A stretch of 64,000 nt of DNA from an uncultured Verrucomicrobiae bacterium (GTDB taxonomy: Bacteria > Verrucomicrobiota > Verrucomicrobiia > Chthoniobacterales > Chthoniobacteraceae): assembly GCA_963828525.1 (NCBI GenBank), contig CAWHEP010000014.1, positions 128,001 through 192,000 of the forward strand, read 5' to 3'. A program made the translations under genes and the position numbers. Position 1 is the first letter of the stretch. Each line of letters starts with the position of its first letter. Under the pieces are notes generated by a model. The model did no database searches and was not told where the DNA came from. It was given only the letters and a program-made list of their open reading frames with translations. This document shows positions 54,293 to 64,000 of this stretch, in pieces.

Positions 54293-56469
54293 CGCGTAAT
54301 GAGGTAGTAAACAGTGCCCGGATCAAGATGGAGAGACCCTGCGGCGGATGTGGCCGTCTCTGCCTTTATGGCCGGGTAGCCATTGTAATCCAGCGGGATG
54401 ACCCGCAGTGTTCCGGCGTCTGGTCGCAGAAAGGTCACCGCCCCGCTGATCCCTCTAAATAGCCAGGGGTTCCTCCCTATGTTGGTGATGCGTCGCTCGC
54501 CATTCGGCATTGCCTCTGTCGTAAACCCGGAGGTTTTCTCCTCCGACATCACCTGCAACAGAATGCGGCCGGAACTCGCCAGCGGCAGCCCATCAAGAGA
54601 GACCGCGATGATGTGCCCGATCTCCATGTCCGAAGCTATGATCAACGTGCCCGTCCGCACAGCCCCCGCTCCGCGGAGGTTTCCGCTCACTCCCTGACAG
54701 CGCGCCGCGTTTAGGACGAGGAATCCTTTCCCGTAATTGAGTTCCGTCTCTCCTGTTGAACCGGTGACGGTTTGTTTGTCATGATCTATCAGTCGACGGG
54801 GATCTTCCATCCTTACCGCGCCTGGACCGTCCGTGAAGCGCGTTTCCGTGCGGCCTGTGTAGCAGAGCAATGGATCGAGGCGCTGGCCGGGTACTGCGGC
54901 CCCGCCGACGGGCACATCCTTGAGGCGCAGTTCATCCAAAGCGGCATCTTGCGGGAAAGGCGTCCCGCGCAGCCGCATTAACTCCGCCTTGTTCAGATCA
55001 ACCTCGGCAACCACTTTGCCGGACGAAATCAATCCGCGCCGGAAGATGAGAGCCGCAGCAGGGAATTGCCCCATCATGGCTGGGGACATCAATGTCCAGG
55101 GCTGCATGAAGTAGCCGGGTTTTACATTCCATGCGCTGCCATCGAGGGCGAAGTGAATGATCGCGTCGCTATCCTGCAAAGCTCCAAACACGGAGTAGTA
55201 GAGTGGCGCTTCAGACCGATAACGGTTCGGACGTGTCCACGTCGTTTCCGAGATCATCGACGGTTTTCCATCATAATGGGGATCCATCGCCGGGTGTACG
55301 AACTGACGGGGCTTACCGGGCTCTTCGGAGTCAAACCGCAGAGCGCTGCGATCAGCGTAGGTGTGTCCCACTCTGATGGACCAGTCCGCGCTCGCGCCTT
55401 TCTCATCACAGGAGAAATACCCGTGGCGATCAATGAAATCGCCTGCCATGTAGCTGAGTTTCTCCAATGGGCCAAATACGGTGGGGTTTGCCGTTATCCA
55501 GTTGGATGCAGTGATCGAGCCGTGAAATCCGAGCGCTCTCAGAAACGCGTATGTCTCGGCATAGAAACGCGACTGACTTTCGAGCAGGAACGTCGCGGCA
55601 TCCTGATCTCGCGGCGTTCTTTCGCTGAACATATTCCACAGCGGGCGGAACGCGGCGCGCCCTTCGGCGGGGACATCCCGAGGGAGAAGCTGCCCGTGCC
55701 AGTGAGCAAACGCGCCAGGCAGCGAGCCGTATCGAGCGGCAAGCCAGGTCCCAAATTGATGTTCAATGATCCGCCGTTGCGCGTCTGGTATCGTATCGTT
55801 GAAGGTCCAGAAGAAGAGGGAATCCTCATTCTGCATCTCCAGACTGGCGACGGCGGGGTCATCGATGAGTCGGCGACCCGTTGCGGAGCTGCGGGTGGTG
55901 AGCAGCGCCACCCACCATTTTCTATACTGCGCCTGAAAGTCCGCGTTGAAGATCAACGCGGCAAATGGCTTTTTCGCGCCATCGTAGCCTTCCAGCCATG
56001 GAGTGCCCGGCTTCGGTGTCAACCAGATCGGAAAGTAAATCGAAAAGTGTGTGTAGATGCCCTCCGCCTTCATCGCCTCCACGATCTCAGACGCGTGAGC
56101 GACGCGGCTGGCGTCCACTTCCCCATTTTTGTCGAAATACCCGCCATGAACACGAACTAAATTGACGCCGTGCTTCGCCAGCATCCGGGCGCACTTGCGC
56201 AACTCCTCGCCACCGAGGTCGAACGGAGGGCCATTGACGGCCCAGAAGCGGACCGGTTCGCCGGTGCGTGAATGGGCGAAGTGCCCGTTCTTAACGGTAA
56301 TAAAGCCGTTCTCGCCAGCGAAGCGCTCATTAAGAAAGCGCATGTCCATTGCCGAGTCGGCCGTGAATGGATCAGGCTGTGGGTTAAAAGGAATCCACTG
56401 CTCTTGCGCTATCGCGGGGATGGCAAGCATTGCGCAAGGGAGCCAAAGGACGAATCGAAGGAGGTTCAC
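54289..56469 (-). CDS. Secreted glycoside hydrolase, clan GH-A (GH5-like)
   Basis: Signal peptide, VRFWAVN, GVNLVRVH, EMQNEDS (acid/base), HGYF, ISET (nucleophile). Confidence 0.75.
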   Translation of the reverse strand: MNLLRFVLWLPCAMLAIPAIAQEQWIPFNPQPDPFTADSAMDMRFLNERFAGENGFITVKNGHFAHSRTGEPVRFWAVNGPPFDLGGEELRKCARMLAKHGVNLVRVHGGYFDKNGEVDASRVAHASEIVEAMKAEGIYTHFSIYFPIWLTPKPGTPWLEGYDGAKKPFAALIFNADFQAQYRKWWVALLTTRSSATGRRLIDDPAVASLEMQNEDSLFFWTFNDTIPDAQRRIIEHQFGTWLAARYGSLPGAFAHWHGQLLPRDVPAEGRAAFRPLWNMFSERTPRDQDAATFLLESQSRFYAETYAFLRALGFHGSITASNWITANPTVFGPLEKLSYMAGDFIDRHGYFSCDEKGASADWSIRVGHTYADRSALRFDSEEPGKPRQFVHPAMDPHYDGKPSMISETTWTRPNRYRSEAPLYYSVFGALQDSDAIIHFALDGSAWNVKPGYFMQPWTLMSPAMMGQFPAAALIFRRGLISSGKVVAEVDLNKAELMRLRGTPFPQDAALDELRLKDVPVGGAAVPGQRLDPLLCYTGRTETRFTDGPGAVRMEDPRRLIDHDKQTVTGSTGETELNYGKGFLVLNAARCQGVSGNLRGAGAVRTGTLIIASDMEIGHIIAVSLDGLPLASSGRILLQVMSEEKTSGFTTEAMPNGERRITNIGRNPWLFRGISGAVTFLRPDAGTLRVIPLDYNGYPAIKAETATSAAGSLHLDPGTVYYLITR

Positions 56470-56738
56470 TTAAGAGGGGACTTTTCGCGTCGCGGACATT
56501 TTACTACGGCCCGCCTCACAAGCGCAATGGATGAAGCCGAAACGGGGGCAATCGGCACCTCACTGGTCGCCGTGTGGCCTCGTGCCGATGGAAAGTTAGC
56601 TTTCAATCACGCAGATGAAATTAAAGAAAACAGCCATTCTCTTTAATTTCGATGGGCAAATGCAAATTGGAAACCCCACCAGCCTCCACCCCCGGCATTG
56701 CGTCCGGGCTCCGACAAACGGTAGATTCGTGATCTGCC

Positions 56739-57608
56739 ATGCCAGACACACTTACCGTTAAAGAATCAGCGGAGTTGCTCAGTTACATGTTTGCCGCGTG
56801 GCCGGAGGTAAAGAAGAAGCAGGTGAGAACATGGCTGAAGTTCCAGGCGGTCATGGTAAACGGTCGTCCAGTCACCCAGTTCGATCATCCACTAAAGCCC
56901 GGTGACACCGTCGCCATCCGCTCGGATCGCTTTGCAATCCCAAAGACGATGCTCTCCTCTGGAATGAAGGTCTACTACGAGGACGCCACGCTCATTGTGA
57001 TCGACAAACCAGAGAACCTCCTGAGCATCGCGAGCGAAGCGGAACAGGAGAAGACCGCCTATTTTCAGTTAACCGCCTATCTGCGCGCCAAGAAGCCAGA
57101 GAGTCGGGAGCGCGTCTGGATCGTCCATAGACTGGATCGCGAGACGTCGGGTCTCATGGTCTTTGCGAAAACGCCGGAGGCAAAAGAGGCGTTGCAGGGA
57201 GGCTGGGAAAAAGCCAGCAAGCGATACGAAGCGGTTGTTGAAGGGCGTCTTCGCCCGGAGAGCGGCATGCTGGAATCGGATTTGGATGAGACGAATCCGT
57301 TCAAGGTGCGCATCGCTCCACCCAGCGAAATCACCCGTCACGCTGTGACCCACTACAAAGTCTTGAAGCATTCGAAGGGACGGAGCCTAGTGGAACTCAT
57401 CCTCGAAACCGGACGCCGGCACCAGTTGCGCGTTCAGCTTTCCGGCGCGGGGTGTCCCATCATCGGCGACAAAAAATATGGGGCGAAAAGCGATCCCGCA
57501 AAACGGCTGGGTCTCCATGCGTGCTCGCTCCGTTTCCTCCACCCAGTCTCCGGCGCGGAGCTTGCATTTCAATCCGTCCTTCCGAAGAACCTCGCCTCGC
57601 TAGTCTGA
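56739..57608 (+). CDS. RluA-family pseudouridine synthase
   Basis: IDKPENL, VHRLDRETSG, TGRRHQLRV, IIGDKKYG, LHA. Confidence 0.95.
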   Translation: MPDTLTVKESAELLSYMFAAWPEVKKKQVRTWLKFQAVMVNGRPVTQFDHPLKPGDTVAIRSDRFAIPKTMLSSGMKVYYEDATLIVIDKPENLLSIASEAEQEKTAYFQLTAYLRAKKPESRERVWIVHRLDRETSGLMVFAKTPEAKEALQGGWEKASKRYEAVVEGRLRPESGMLESDLDETNPFKVRIAPPSEITRHAVTHYKVLKHSKGRSLVELILETGRRHQLRVQLSGAGCPIIGDKKYGAKSDPAKRLGLHACSLRFLHPVSGAELAFQSVLPKNLASLV

Positions 57609-58871
57609 TCCCTGGCGTTCCGCCGGCAATTCCCGCCATCCGGCGCGGTCAAACGCGATGCCGGGGCGGTCAAACTTCACGAACATCTGCCGGATGGGAA
57701 GCAACCTATCCATCGGCAGGTCGATCTCTTCGCCCTCATCCGTTAACCTGACGGAAGCAGAACTGAAAGCGGTTCCTGTTATGGTGTTTACCACGGACGC
57801 CACGCCAGCCGCTGCTGGCAGAGGGAAGGACAAACGGGCGGCGCCGCCCTGGCCAGTCAGGGCGAGATCGATCTTCGCGCCCGCGAGGCTTCTCGTATTC
57901 CGCCTGCAAATCGACATCCGCAAAGTGGCGCACAGCATTTTCGCGGAACAGACCGGATATGTCGCGGAGAGTCGTGACGGACCGTCAGGCGGGTAGAAGG
58001 TTTCGATGTCTTTAGCGAAGGCCCCGAATCGCGCGCGGCCCAAAGCCATCTGGCTGGTGTGGCAGAGGATTGCTTCAAGTTTCACCTGCTTCTCCTCGGG
58101 CCGGAGTTGCAACACGACGCGGCTGTGAGCGTAAGGTTTGCCATTTGTATGGACCAGATAGTCGAGTTCTAGCGGCGGAGCCTGGCGCAACCGGCGCAGC
58201 TCCAAATGCGTGATCACATACGCGTTATTGTGATCCGGGTGCAGATCGTCAGGGGAGGGGAGCACGAGAATGGAGGGATGCCAGGCCACGATTGTGGCAT
58301 CGATCGCGTTTCGAAACGCCGCGTCATCAGCCATGAGGAGGGCGCTTGTGCCCTGGTCGTGAAAATCAAGGAAAGTCGCGCTGCTCGCGGGCACTCCGAT
58401 CCGAGCGAGGGCGCGCAGCGCTTCCTGCTTGCGGCGCGCGCCCCAGCGCGCCCTATCCGTCATCCCGATGTGGTAGCGATGTTCCACAAACCGTTGAGCC
58501 CAGACGTTGTTATCTCCATTGGTTATGAACACCACTCGTATCCGGGCGTGAGCGGCAAGCGCCCGCTGCATAAGCCCCGCGGAAGAAAGCGATTCATCGT
58601 CCGGGTGCGGAGCCACTATCAGAACACGATCGTCCTGCCTCAACGATCGCAGCAATACGGTCTCTCCACTCGACACCGCTGTGGGCGGCGGGACGGCGCC
58701 TTTGTCAGTGTCCCACGCGCCTGTATCATCGGGCAGCCGCGTATCAACGTTTCTGGCCGGTTGCGCGGAACTCGTGTCGGATGCCAAGGCGTACCCACCG
58801 CGGATCAACAGCAGGAACGCGCAGGCGGCCAGTCTCGCGCGCCACGCGCCAGCGGGAAAGGGATGCGACAC
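57600..58871 (-). CDS. PIG-L family deacetylase
   Basis: APHPDDE, ITNGD, HPDH, HTSQ. Confidence 0.88.
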   Translation of the reverse strand: MSHPFPAGAWRARLAACAFLLLIRGGYALASDTSSAQPARNVDTRLPDDTGAWDTDKGAVPPPTAVSSGETVLLRSLRQDDRVLIVAPHPDDESLSSAGLMQRALAAHARIRVVFITNGDNNVWAQRFVEHRYHIGMTDRARWGARRKQEALRALARIGVPASSATFLDFHDQGTSALLMADDAAFRNAIDATIVAWHPSILVLPSPDDLHPDHNNAYVITHLELRRLRQAPPLELDYLVHTNGKPYAHSRVVLQLRPEEKQVKLEAILCHTSQMALGRARFGAFAKDIETFYPPDGPSRLSATYPVCSAKMLCATLRMSICRRNTRSLAGAKIDLALTGQGGAARLSFPLPAAAGVASVVNTITGTAFSSASVRLTDEGEEIDLPMDRLLPIRQMFVKFDRPGIAFDRAGWRELPAERQGSD

Positions 58872-59722
58872 TATTGCGGAGTATTGGCAGCCGAGGGGGA
58901 GGCAGAAGGCAGAGCCGCGGCGCCCTTCTTCGGTTTCACAGGCAACGGCCCTTTATCCATTGCGAGCAATTCGCTCACGGTGACAAATTTAAAGCCTTTT
59001 GCGAGCAGCGTGTCGAACACCTGTGGCATGGCGTCAATCGTGGGTTTGTGAATATCGTGAGAGAGAATAATTGATCCCGGACGCGCGCCCGAGATGATCC
59101 TCCGCGCGACAACGTCCGGCCCCGGACGTTTCCAGTCGAGCGGATCGACATCCCACAATATTATTTTGAACCCAAACTCGCGATGTATCCAGTCGCGCTG
59201 GGCCTTCGTGATCGCGCCGTATGGGGGTCGCATAAGCGTCGGCTTAAAACCCACGGCTTCCTGGAAGGCTTCCTGCGTCCTCTGCAACTCGCTGCGCACC
59301 GCCGTATCCGACATCCGGGCGAAATCGGGATGTGACCATGAGTGATTTCCGAGCTCATGCCCCTCCGCGACGATGCGTTTCAGGATCTCGGGATCTTGCG
59401 TGATTCTTTCTCCCAATTCAAAAAACGTGAGTTTGATGTGCCGCTGCTTCACCATATCCAGGAGGCGGGGCGTGTTCGTCACGTGCGGGCCGTCGTCGAA
59501 CGTCATTGCGATATAGGGTCCATCCACGCGGACGGAACTGAATCCGAATTTACTTTTCTGTGGCAGATCGAGATAGCCCGCGGGGGCCGAAGCAAGCATT
59601 TCGCGGGTCGGCGTCGGCGATGCTGCTGCGGATGGCGCCGCCAATGGCGATGGAGAAGCATCCTGTCCTGCGGCGCGGAACAGGCCCAGGGCGAGCGTAA
59701 GGAGGAAGAGGATACGAGTCAT
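58871..59722 (-). CDS. Polysaccharide deacetylase (NodB/CE4)
   Basis: TFDDGP, GNHSWSHP, RPPYG, DPLDW, ILSHD. Confidence 0.93.
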   Translation of the reverse strand: MTRILFLLTLALGLFRAAGQDASPSPLAAPSAAASPTPTREMLASAPAGYLDLPQKSKFGFSSVRVDGPYIAMTFDDGPHVTNTPRLLDMVKQRHIKLTFFELGERITQDPEILKRIVAEGHELGNHSWSHPDFARMSDTAVRSELQRTQEAFQEAVGFKPTLMRPPYGAITKAQRDWIHREFGFKIILWDVDPLDWKRPGPDVVARRIISGARPGSIILSHDIHKPTIDAMPQVFDTLLAKGFKFVTVSELLAMDKGPLPVKPKKGAAALPSASPSAANTPQ

Positions 59723-59727
59723 CGGCT

Positions 59728-60492
59728 TTAGAAGTTCGGACAATGGAACCACTTGTGTAAACTCAGGATTCGTTTCTCGCCAGCTTTCTGTATGGTCGGC
59801 GGAGGCATTGTGAATGACACTCTGCTCAGGCTGTGGACACCTTGTCCAAACGGTACATCGACCGCATACCTTCGACAATCTGGAAACTGAATCACCTTTG
59901 TCGTCGACGAGTAACTGGAGAACACATCCAGAAGCTCGTTCTCAGACGGGAAATTTTTGATGACCGAATAACGACTTCCATCCGGGAGGGTTCTGCTCTG
60001 AATATTGTTGCCGCAGGCATCTGTCTGCCCTCCTGTTGCGCCTACTTTTGGCATTTGGTCGCAAAAAATTACCAGTGCCCCTTTTGCCAGACACGAATGA
60101 AGTCCTCCCAAAAAAGCCGACCGCCGTTCAATAGGCACGTGACAGAACCAATCGCCCGCAAAGCATGAGTCGAATCTTTGCCCAAAGTCAGGAAGGTCGT
60201 ATGCGTCTGCCTGCCGCAGCTCAACATGCGCGGCGAAGTTCTTTTTCCGAGCTTCAAATAATGTCTCTTCGTTGAAATCTGTTGCGACAATCTGCGTGGC
60301 CGATTTCATCAGGAATTGCGTCCAAAATCCCGGCCCGCAGGCGATTTCCAATAGCTTGCTGCCAGTGAAGCGCCGCGCGAGATACACAAGTGCCGCTTCA
60401 TGTTTACGCAGCACATCTTCTTGATCGTACCCCATCGAACTGTCGTAAATCGCAGCTCGGCGGCGGTAGTATTCTTGCATTTCGGAAATCAT
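59728..60492 (-). CDS. Class I SAM-dependent methyltransferase (true stop possibly 59826)
   Basis: YYRRRAAIYD, LEIACGPGFWT, ADAY, RTLPDGSRYSVIKNFP. Confidence 0.85.
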   Translation of the reverse strand: MISEMQEYYRRRAAIYDSSMGYDQEDVLRKHEAALVYLARRFTGSKLLEIACGPGFWTQFLMKSATQIVATDFNEETLFEARKKNFAAHVELRQADAYDLPDFGQRFDSCFAGDWFCHVPIERRSAFLGGLHSCLAKGALVIFCDQMPKVGATGGQTDACGNNIQSRTLPDGSRYSVIKNFPSENELLDVFSSYSSTTKVIQFPDCRRYAVDVPFGQGVHSLSRVSFTMPPPTIQKAGEKRILSLHKWFHCPNF

Positions 60493-60638
60493 GGGGCGGC
60501 AGCGCGGTCCTTGGGCGGTGTCATTATCCTTCGAGTTTCCCTGCCAGCGTCTCCAAATCGAACATTTCCAGAAATGCCGGTCGGCCAAACCGGTTTGTGA
60601 ATTAGGAAGGCGGTGTCAAAGTAGAGCGAATTGCCGCC

Positions 60639-61955
60639 ATGACAAACCCGCTTTCCGGATTAGAAAAGGTCGCCCATGTGCGGGCGAGGGCTCCCGCCGA
60701 GGGCTTATTCGCTGACAAGGAGTGGCTCCTCTCGCCGGAGCCGTTCCCTTTGGATGAGAAGATGGCGGACGAGTTGGAGAAGCTTGGCTACCGCCTGAAC
60801 CTCTTTAATCGCGCTTGCAATCTGCTGTATCAATTGAGCATCCAGGGGAGGCAGCCACGATGGGTCGCCGAATATCTTGACCGTGGAAAGCCGCCCGCGC
60901 TGGTTGAATACGCCCGCCAGCGCTTGCTGCGCGACGAACTGCCTGGCGTCATCCGTCCCGATGTTATTCCCATGGAAGGCGGCTTCACCATCGCCGAACT
61001 TGACAACGTGCCTGGCGGGATAGGACTCACGGCATGGCTGAATCAGACCTATTCCGCGTTTGGTTCGGACATCGTTGGCGGCCCGCGCGGCATGCTGGAG
61101 GGCTTCCGTTCCGTGCTTCCCGGCGGGGATATCTTCGTTTCCGACGAGGCGGCAACATATCGGCCCGAAATGATCTGGCTTGCGAACCAACTTAACGCCG
61201 CTTCCACGGATGGCAAAAAATGGCGCGTGCGCGCTGCTTCCGAAACGGAAGACTTTCAGGCGAGCGTTTACCGCTTTTTCGAGTTGTTTGATCTTGAGAA
61301 TGTCGGAGGCGCGCAGGCCCTGATGGCTGCGGAGCAGGCTGGCGCCATTCGGGTGACGCCTCCCATTAAGCCCTACATCGAGGAAAAGATGTGGTTTGCG
61401 CTATTCTGGATGCGACCCCTGCATGAATTTTGGCGTCGGGAGCTTGGGGAGCGGCACTGGTTGAAGCTTCAGGAAGTCATTCCCTACACCTGGATTGTGG
61501 ATCCAGCGCCACTGCCCCAGCACGCGGTGCTGCCACGGCTCGATATTAACAGGTGGGAGGAGCTTGGCGATTTTAGTCAGAAGCAACGTGATCTCCTCTT
61601 GAAGGTCAGCGGCTTCTCGCCCCTCTCGTGGGGCAGTCGCGGTGTGGAGTTGGGCAATGACATGTCGCAACCAGACTGGAAGGCGGCCGTGGAGACCGCT
61701 CTCCGTGAGTTTGAAACCCGGCCCCGAATCTTGCAACAGTTCCGGAAAGGAAAACTCTTCGAACATCCCTACACGGATCCCACGACGGGAACCATGACAA
61801 TGATGCATGGCAGGGTTCGGCTGTGCCCGTATTACTTCATCGTTAATGGGAAGTCCGAACTAAAAGGTGTGCTCGCAACCATTTGTCCCGCCGACAAGAA
61901 GCTTTTGCATGGCATGAAGGACGCCATTCTCGTTCCATGCAAATTCCCTGGCTAG
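60639..61955 (+). CDS. Hypothetical protein with ATP-grasp / glutathionylspermidine-synthase-like motifs
   Basis: IRPDVI, AELDNVPGG, LLKVSGFS..WGSRGV, ILQQF, RVRLCPYY. Confidence 0.65.
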   Translation: MTNPLSGLEKVAHVRARAPAEGLFADKEWLLSPEPFPLDEKMADELEKLGYRLNLFNRACNLLYQLSIQGRQPRWVAEYLDRGKPPALVEYARQRLLRDELPGVIRPDVIPMEGGFTIAELDNVPGGIGLTAWLNQTYSAFGSDIVGGPRGMLEGFRSVLPGGDIFVSDEAATYRPEMIWLANQLNAASTDGKKWRVRAASETEDFQASVYRFFELFDLENVGGAQALMAAEQAGAIRVTPPIKPYIEEKMWFALFWMRPLHEFWRRELGERHWLKLQEVIPYTWIVDPAPLPQHAVLPRLDINRWEELGDFSQKQRDLLLKVSGFSPLSWGSRGVELGNDMSQPDWKAAVETALREFETRPRILQQFRKGKLFEHPYTDPTTGTMTMMHGRVRLCPYYFIVNGKSELKGVLATICPADKKLLHGMKDAILVPCKFPG

Positions 61956-62060
61956 ACGGCGCGTTTGTCCTGGAAGCCGTCGTGCTTGCAAATGACCACT
62001 GAAGGCGGGTTTAATGGTGTCCTACAGGGTTTGAAAACCACCCGGCAGACTACCAGATTT

Positions 62061-62892
62061 ATGGACGTTCGATACGCGATTGGGGAAAAAGAATTCGAAG
62101 GGCTGAATACCGAGGCTCTTCGGAAAACATTTCTTTTGGAGTCACTTTTCCGGCCGGGTGAAATTCAGGCTACTTATTGGGAGACAGATCGCGCGGTAGT
62201 GGGGGCGGCCGTCCCCCTGGCTTCGCCGCTGCGCCTCGAAACGTCCAAGGAACTCGCATCGGAGTATTTCTGCGAGCGACGCGAGCTTGGCGTTCTGAAT
62301 ATAGGCGGCCCGGGCACAATCACCGTGGATGGCACAGCGCGCCCGTCGCTTGCGCTCGACTGCATGTATATCGGAAAGGGAAGCCGCGACATCACCTTTG
62401 CCAGTGATGATGCGGGATCTCCCGCGAAGTTCTACCTGATCAGCTACCCCGCCCACACCGCGTACCCAACCGCGCGCGTCCGGCAAGCGGAGGCGAACGC
62501 CATACGGCTGGGAAGTCAGGAGACAGCGAACCTGCGAACGATCTACCAGGTACATCCATGAGGGAGGCGTGAAAAGCTGTCAGTTGGTTCTCGGTTTTAC
62601 CCAGCTCGAGGAAGGCAGCGTCTGGAATACCATGCCCCCGCACACCCACCCGCGGCGTTCCGAGGTTTACCTCTACTTTAACGTGCGGGAAGACGCGGCA
62701 GTGTTTCACTTCATGGGCCCAGGAGCGCGGACCCGCAACCTGCTGCTGCACAGCGAACAGGCTGTGCTTTCGCCGATCTGGTCGGTTCACTCTGGCTGTG
62801 GAACTCGCGCCTACTCTTTCATCTGGGCGATGGGTGGAGAGAATCAGCGTTTCGACGATATGGATGGCATCCCCATCCAAAACCTTCGATAA
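62061..62892 (+). CDS. kduI: 5-dehydro-4-deoxy-D-glucuronate isomerase, apparent indel at about 62550
   Basis: ERRELGVLNIGG, PAHTAYP, SCQLVLG, WNTMPPHTH.RRSEVY, WAMGGENQ. Confidence 0.93.
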
Positions 62893-62898
62893 CGAGCC

Positions 62899-63663
62899 AT
62901 GGTTCTCGATCAATTCCGCCTGGATGGCAAAGTCGCCGTAGTTACCGGATGCAAGCGGGGAATCGGAAAGGCCATGGCAGAGGCTTTGGCGCAGGCTGGG
63001 GCGGACATCATCGGCGTCAGCGCAACACTCGAAGCAGGAAGCGAGGTCGCGGCGGCAGTGAAGGATCTGGGGCGAAAGTTTACCCCGTATCAATGCGACT
63101 TTGGTAATCGCGAGTCCCTGCTGGCTTTCGCCAAACAAGTCATGCTGGATAATCCGCGCGTCGACATTCTCGTGAACAACGCGGGTACTATTCTGCGAAA
63201 GCCGGCCGCGGAACATCCGGACGAATACTGGGACGAGGTGATGGAGGTGAACTTGAGCTCTCAATTCATCCTGAGCCGTGAGATCGCGCGCGGCATGCTG
63301 GAAAAAGGCGCGGGCAAGATCATCTTCACAGCCTCGCTGCTGACCTTTCAGGGCGGAATTAACGTGCCTGGATATGCCGCGAGCAAAGGCGGTATCGGGT
63401 CGCTGGTGATGGCGCTTTCCAACGAATGGATGGGAAAAGGCATTTGTGTGAACGCCATCGCGCCGGGTTATGTGGCTACCGACAACACCCAGGCTCTTCG
63501 TGAAGACTCGCAACGGAGTAGCGCCATTCTCTCGCGCATCCCTGCGGGCCGCTGGGGAACACCGGCTGACTTTGCGGGGCCGGTTGTATTCCTGGCGAGC
63601 GCCGCTTCAGATTACATGAGCGGCCACACGATGCTTGTGGACGGCGGGTGGATGGGGCGGTGA
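62899..63663 (+). CDS. kduD: 2-dehydro-3-deoxy-D-gluconate 5-dehydrogenase (SDR)
   Basis: TGCKRGIG, NNAG, SLLTFQGG..VPGYAASKG, RIPAGRWG; follows kduI. Confidence 0.9.
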   Translation: MVLDQFRLDGKVAVVTGCKRGIGKAMAEALAQAGADIIGVSATLEAGSEVAAAVKDLGRKFTPYQCDFGNRESLLAFAKQVMLDNPRVDILVNNAGTILRKPAAEHPDEYWDEVMEVNLSSQFILSREIARGMLEKGAGKIIFTASLLTFQGGINVPGYAASKGGIGSLVMALSNEWMGKGICVNAIAPGYVATDNTQALREDSQRSSAILSRIPAGRWGTPADFAGPVVFLASAASDYMSGHTMLVDGGWMGR

Positions 63664-63672
63664 GGGCGGTCC

Positions 63673-63708
63673 TTGACTGGTTTTGGTAAATGTGTTCTAA
63701 TGAACACA
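63673..63708 (+). promoter_or_regulatory. Sigma70 promoter overlapped by a Verrucomicrobia-type LexA box
   Basis: TTGACT-N17-TCTAAT with extended TG; palindrome TGTGTTC-TAAT-GAACACA at 63691-63708. Confidence 0.75.
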
Positions 63709-63797
63709 TGAGCACAATCCTCGACTTCCTCAGGCACCTCTCGCGCAAATCCGCTTTCAAACCTGTCCAGCTTACGTTCTGGCAGGAGAATACCTAA
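63708..63797 (+). CDS. Candidate leaderless 29-aa SOS peptide
   Basis: MSTILDFLRHLSRKSAFKPVQLTFWQENT; ATG sits at the predicted +1. Confidence 0.5.
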   Translation: MSTILDFLRHLSRKSAFKPVQLTFWQENT

Positions 63798-63842
63798 GAG
63801 AGCGGCTTGCTGCGCTGCCCGATCCTCGCCCATGCTGGCAAT

Positions 63843-64000
63843 ATGATCAAGGAACTAACACCTCTCCTCGTCGTTGACTCCATCGAGTCGCAACTCCCTT
63901 TTTGGAAGGATTGTCTTGGCTACGAGGTGGCGCTCAGTGTGCCCCACGGGGAATCGCTGGGCTTTGTGGGCCTCGCCCAAGGTGGACATATGGTGATGCT
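63843..64000 (+). CDS. VOC/glyoxalase family protein, runs off the window edge
   Basis: MIKELTPLLVVDSIESQLPFWKDCLGYEV...GFVGL..G...VML. Confidence 0.75.
   Translation, partial: MIKELTPLLVVDSIESQLPFWKDCLGYEVALSVPHGESLGFVGLAQGGHMVM

Noticed and set aside
59728..60600. Lower-GC methyltransferase as a solitary cassette
   Set aside because: Only a weak TCGCCAGCTTTCTGT similarity to an attC arm; no paired R''/R' boxes

Overview
GC-rich bacterial chromosome segment, most likely Verrucomicrobiota. That is an inference from the long PVC-type GreA, a TGTTC-N4-GAACA LexA box and the gene content. Single-base frameshifts in essential genes (leuS, eno, ispH) point to long-read indel errors, so many 'pseudogenes' are probably intact. 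Core content: ABC exporter, leuS, split Pta, HisK phosphatase, a six-gene fatty-acid modification cluster resembling the furan fatty acid pathway, argG, prfB with its programmed +1 frameshift, eno, greA, upp, comEC, ispH, two divergent flavin halogenase-like genes plus a P450, and kduI/kduD. There are two accessory regions. (1) 20.9-26.5 kb: directly behind tRNA-Asp lies an integrase-less integron cassette array with 10 attC sites, a terminal half-site and 10 cassettes with identifiable ORFs. Inside it are two attI-like sites and what may be the promoter and first 14 codons of a deleted intI. (2) 41.9-45.3 kb: a mosaic of truncated RHS, RAYT (Y1) transposase, Xer-like recombinase and toxin-antitoxin fragments. 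Near the right end, a LexA-boxed promoter appears to drive an unannotated leaderless 29-aa peptide carrying a beta-clamp-binding-like motif (QLTFW). All calls were made by eye; no searches were run.
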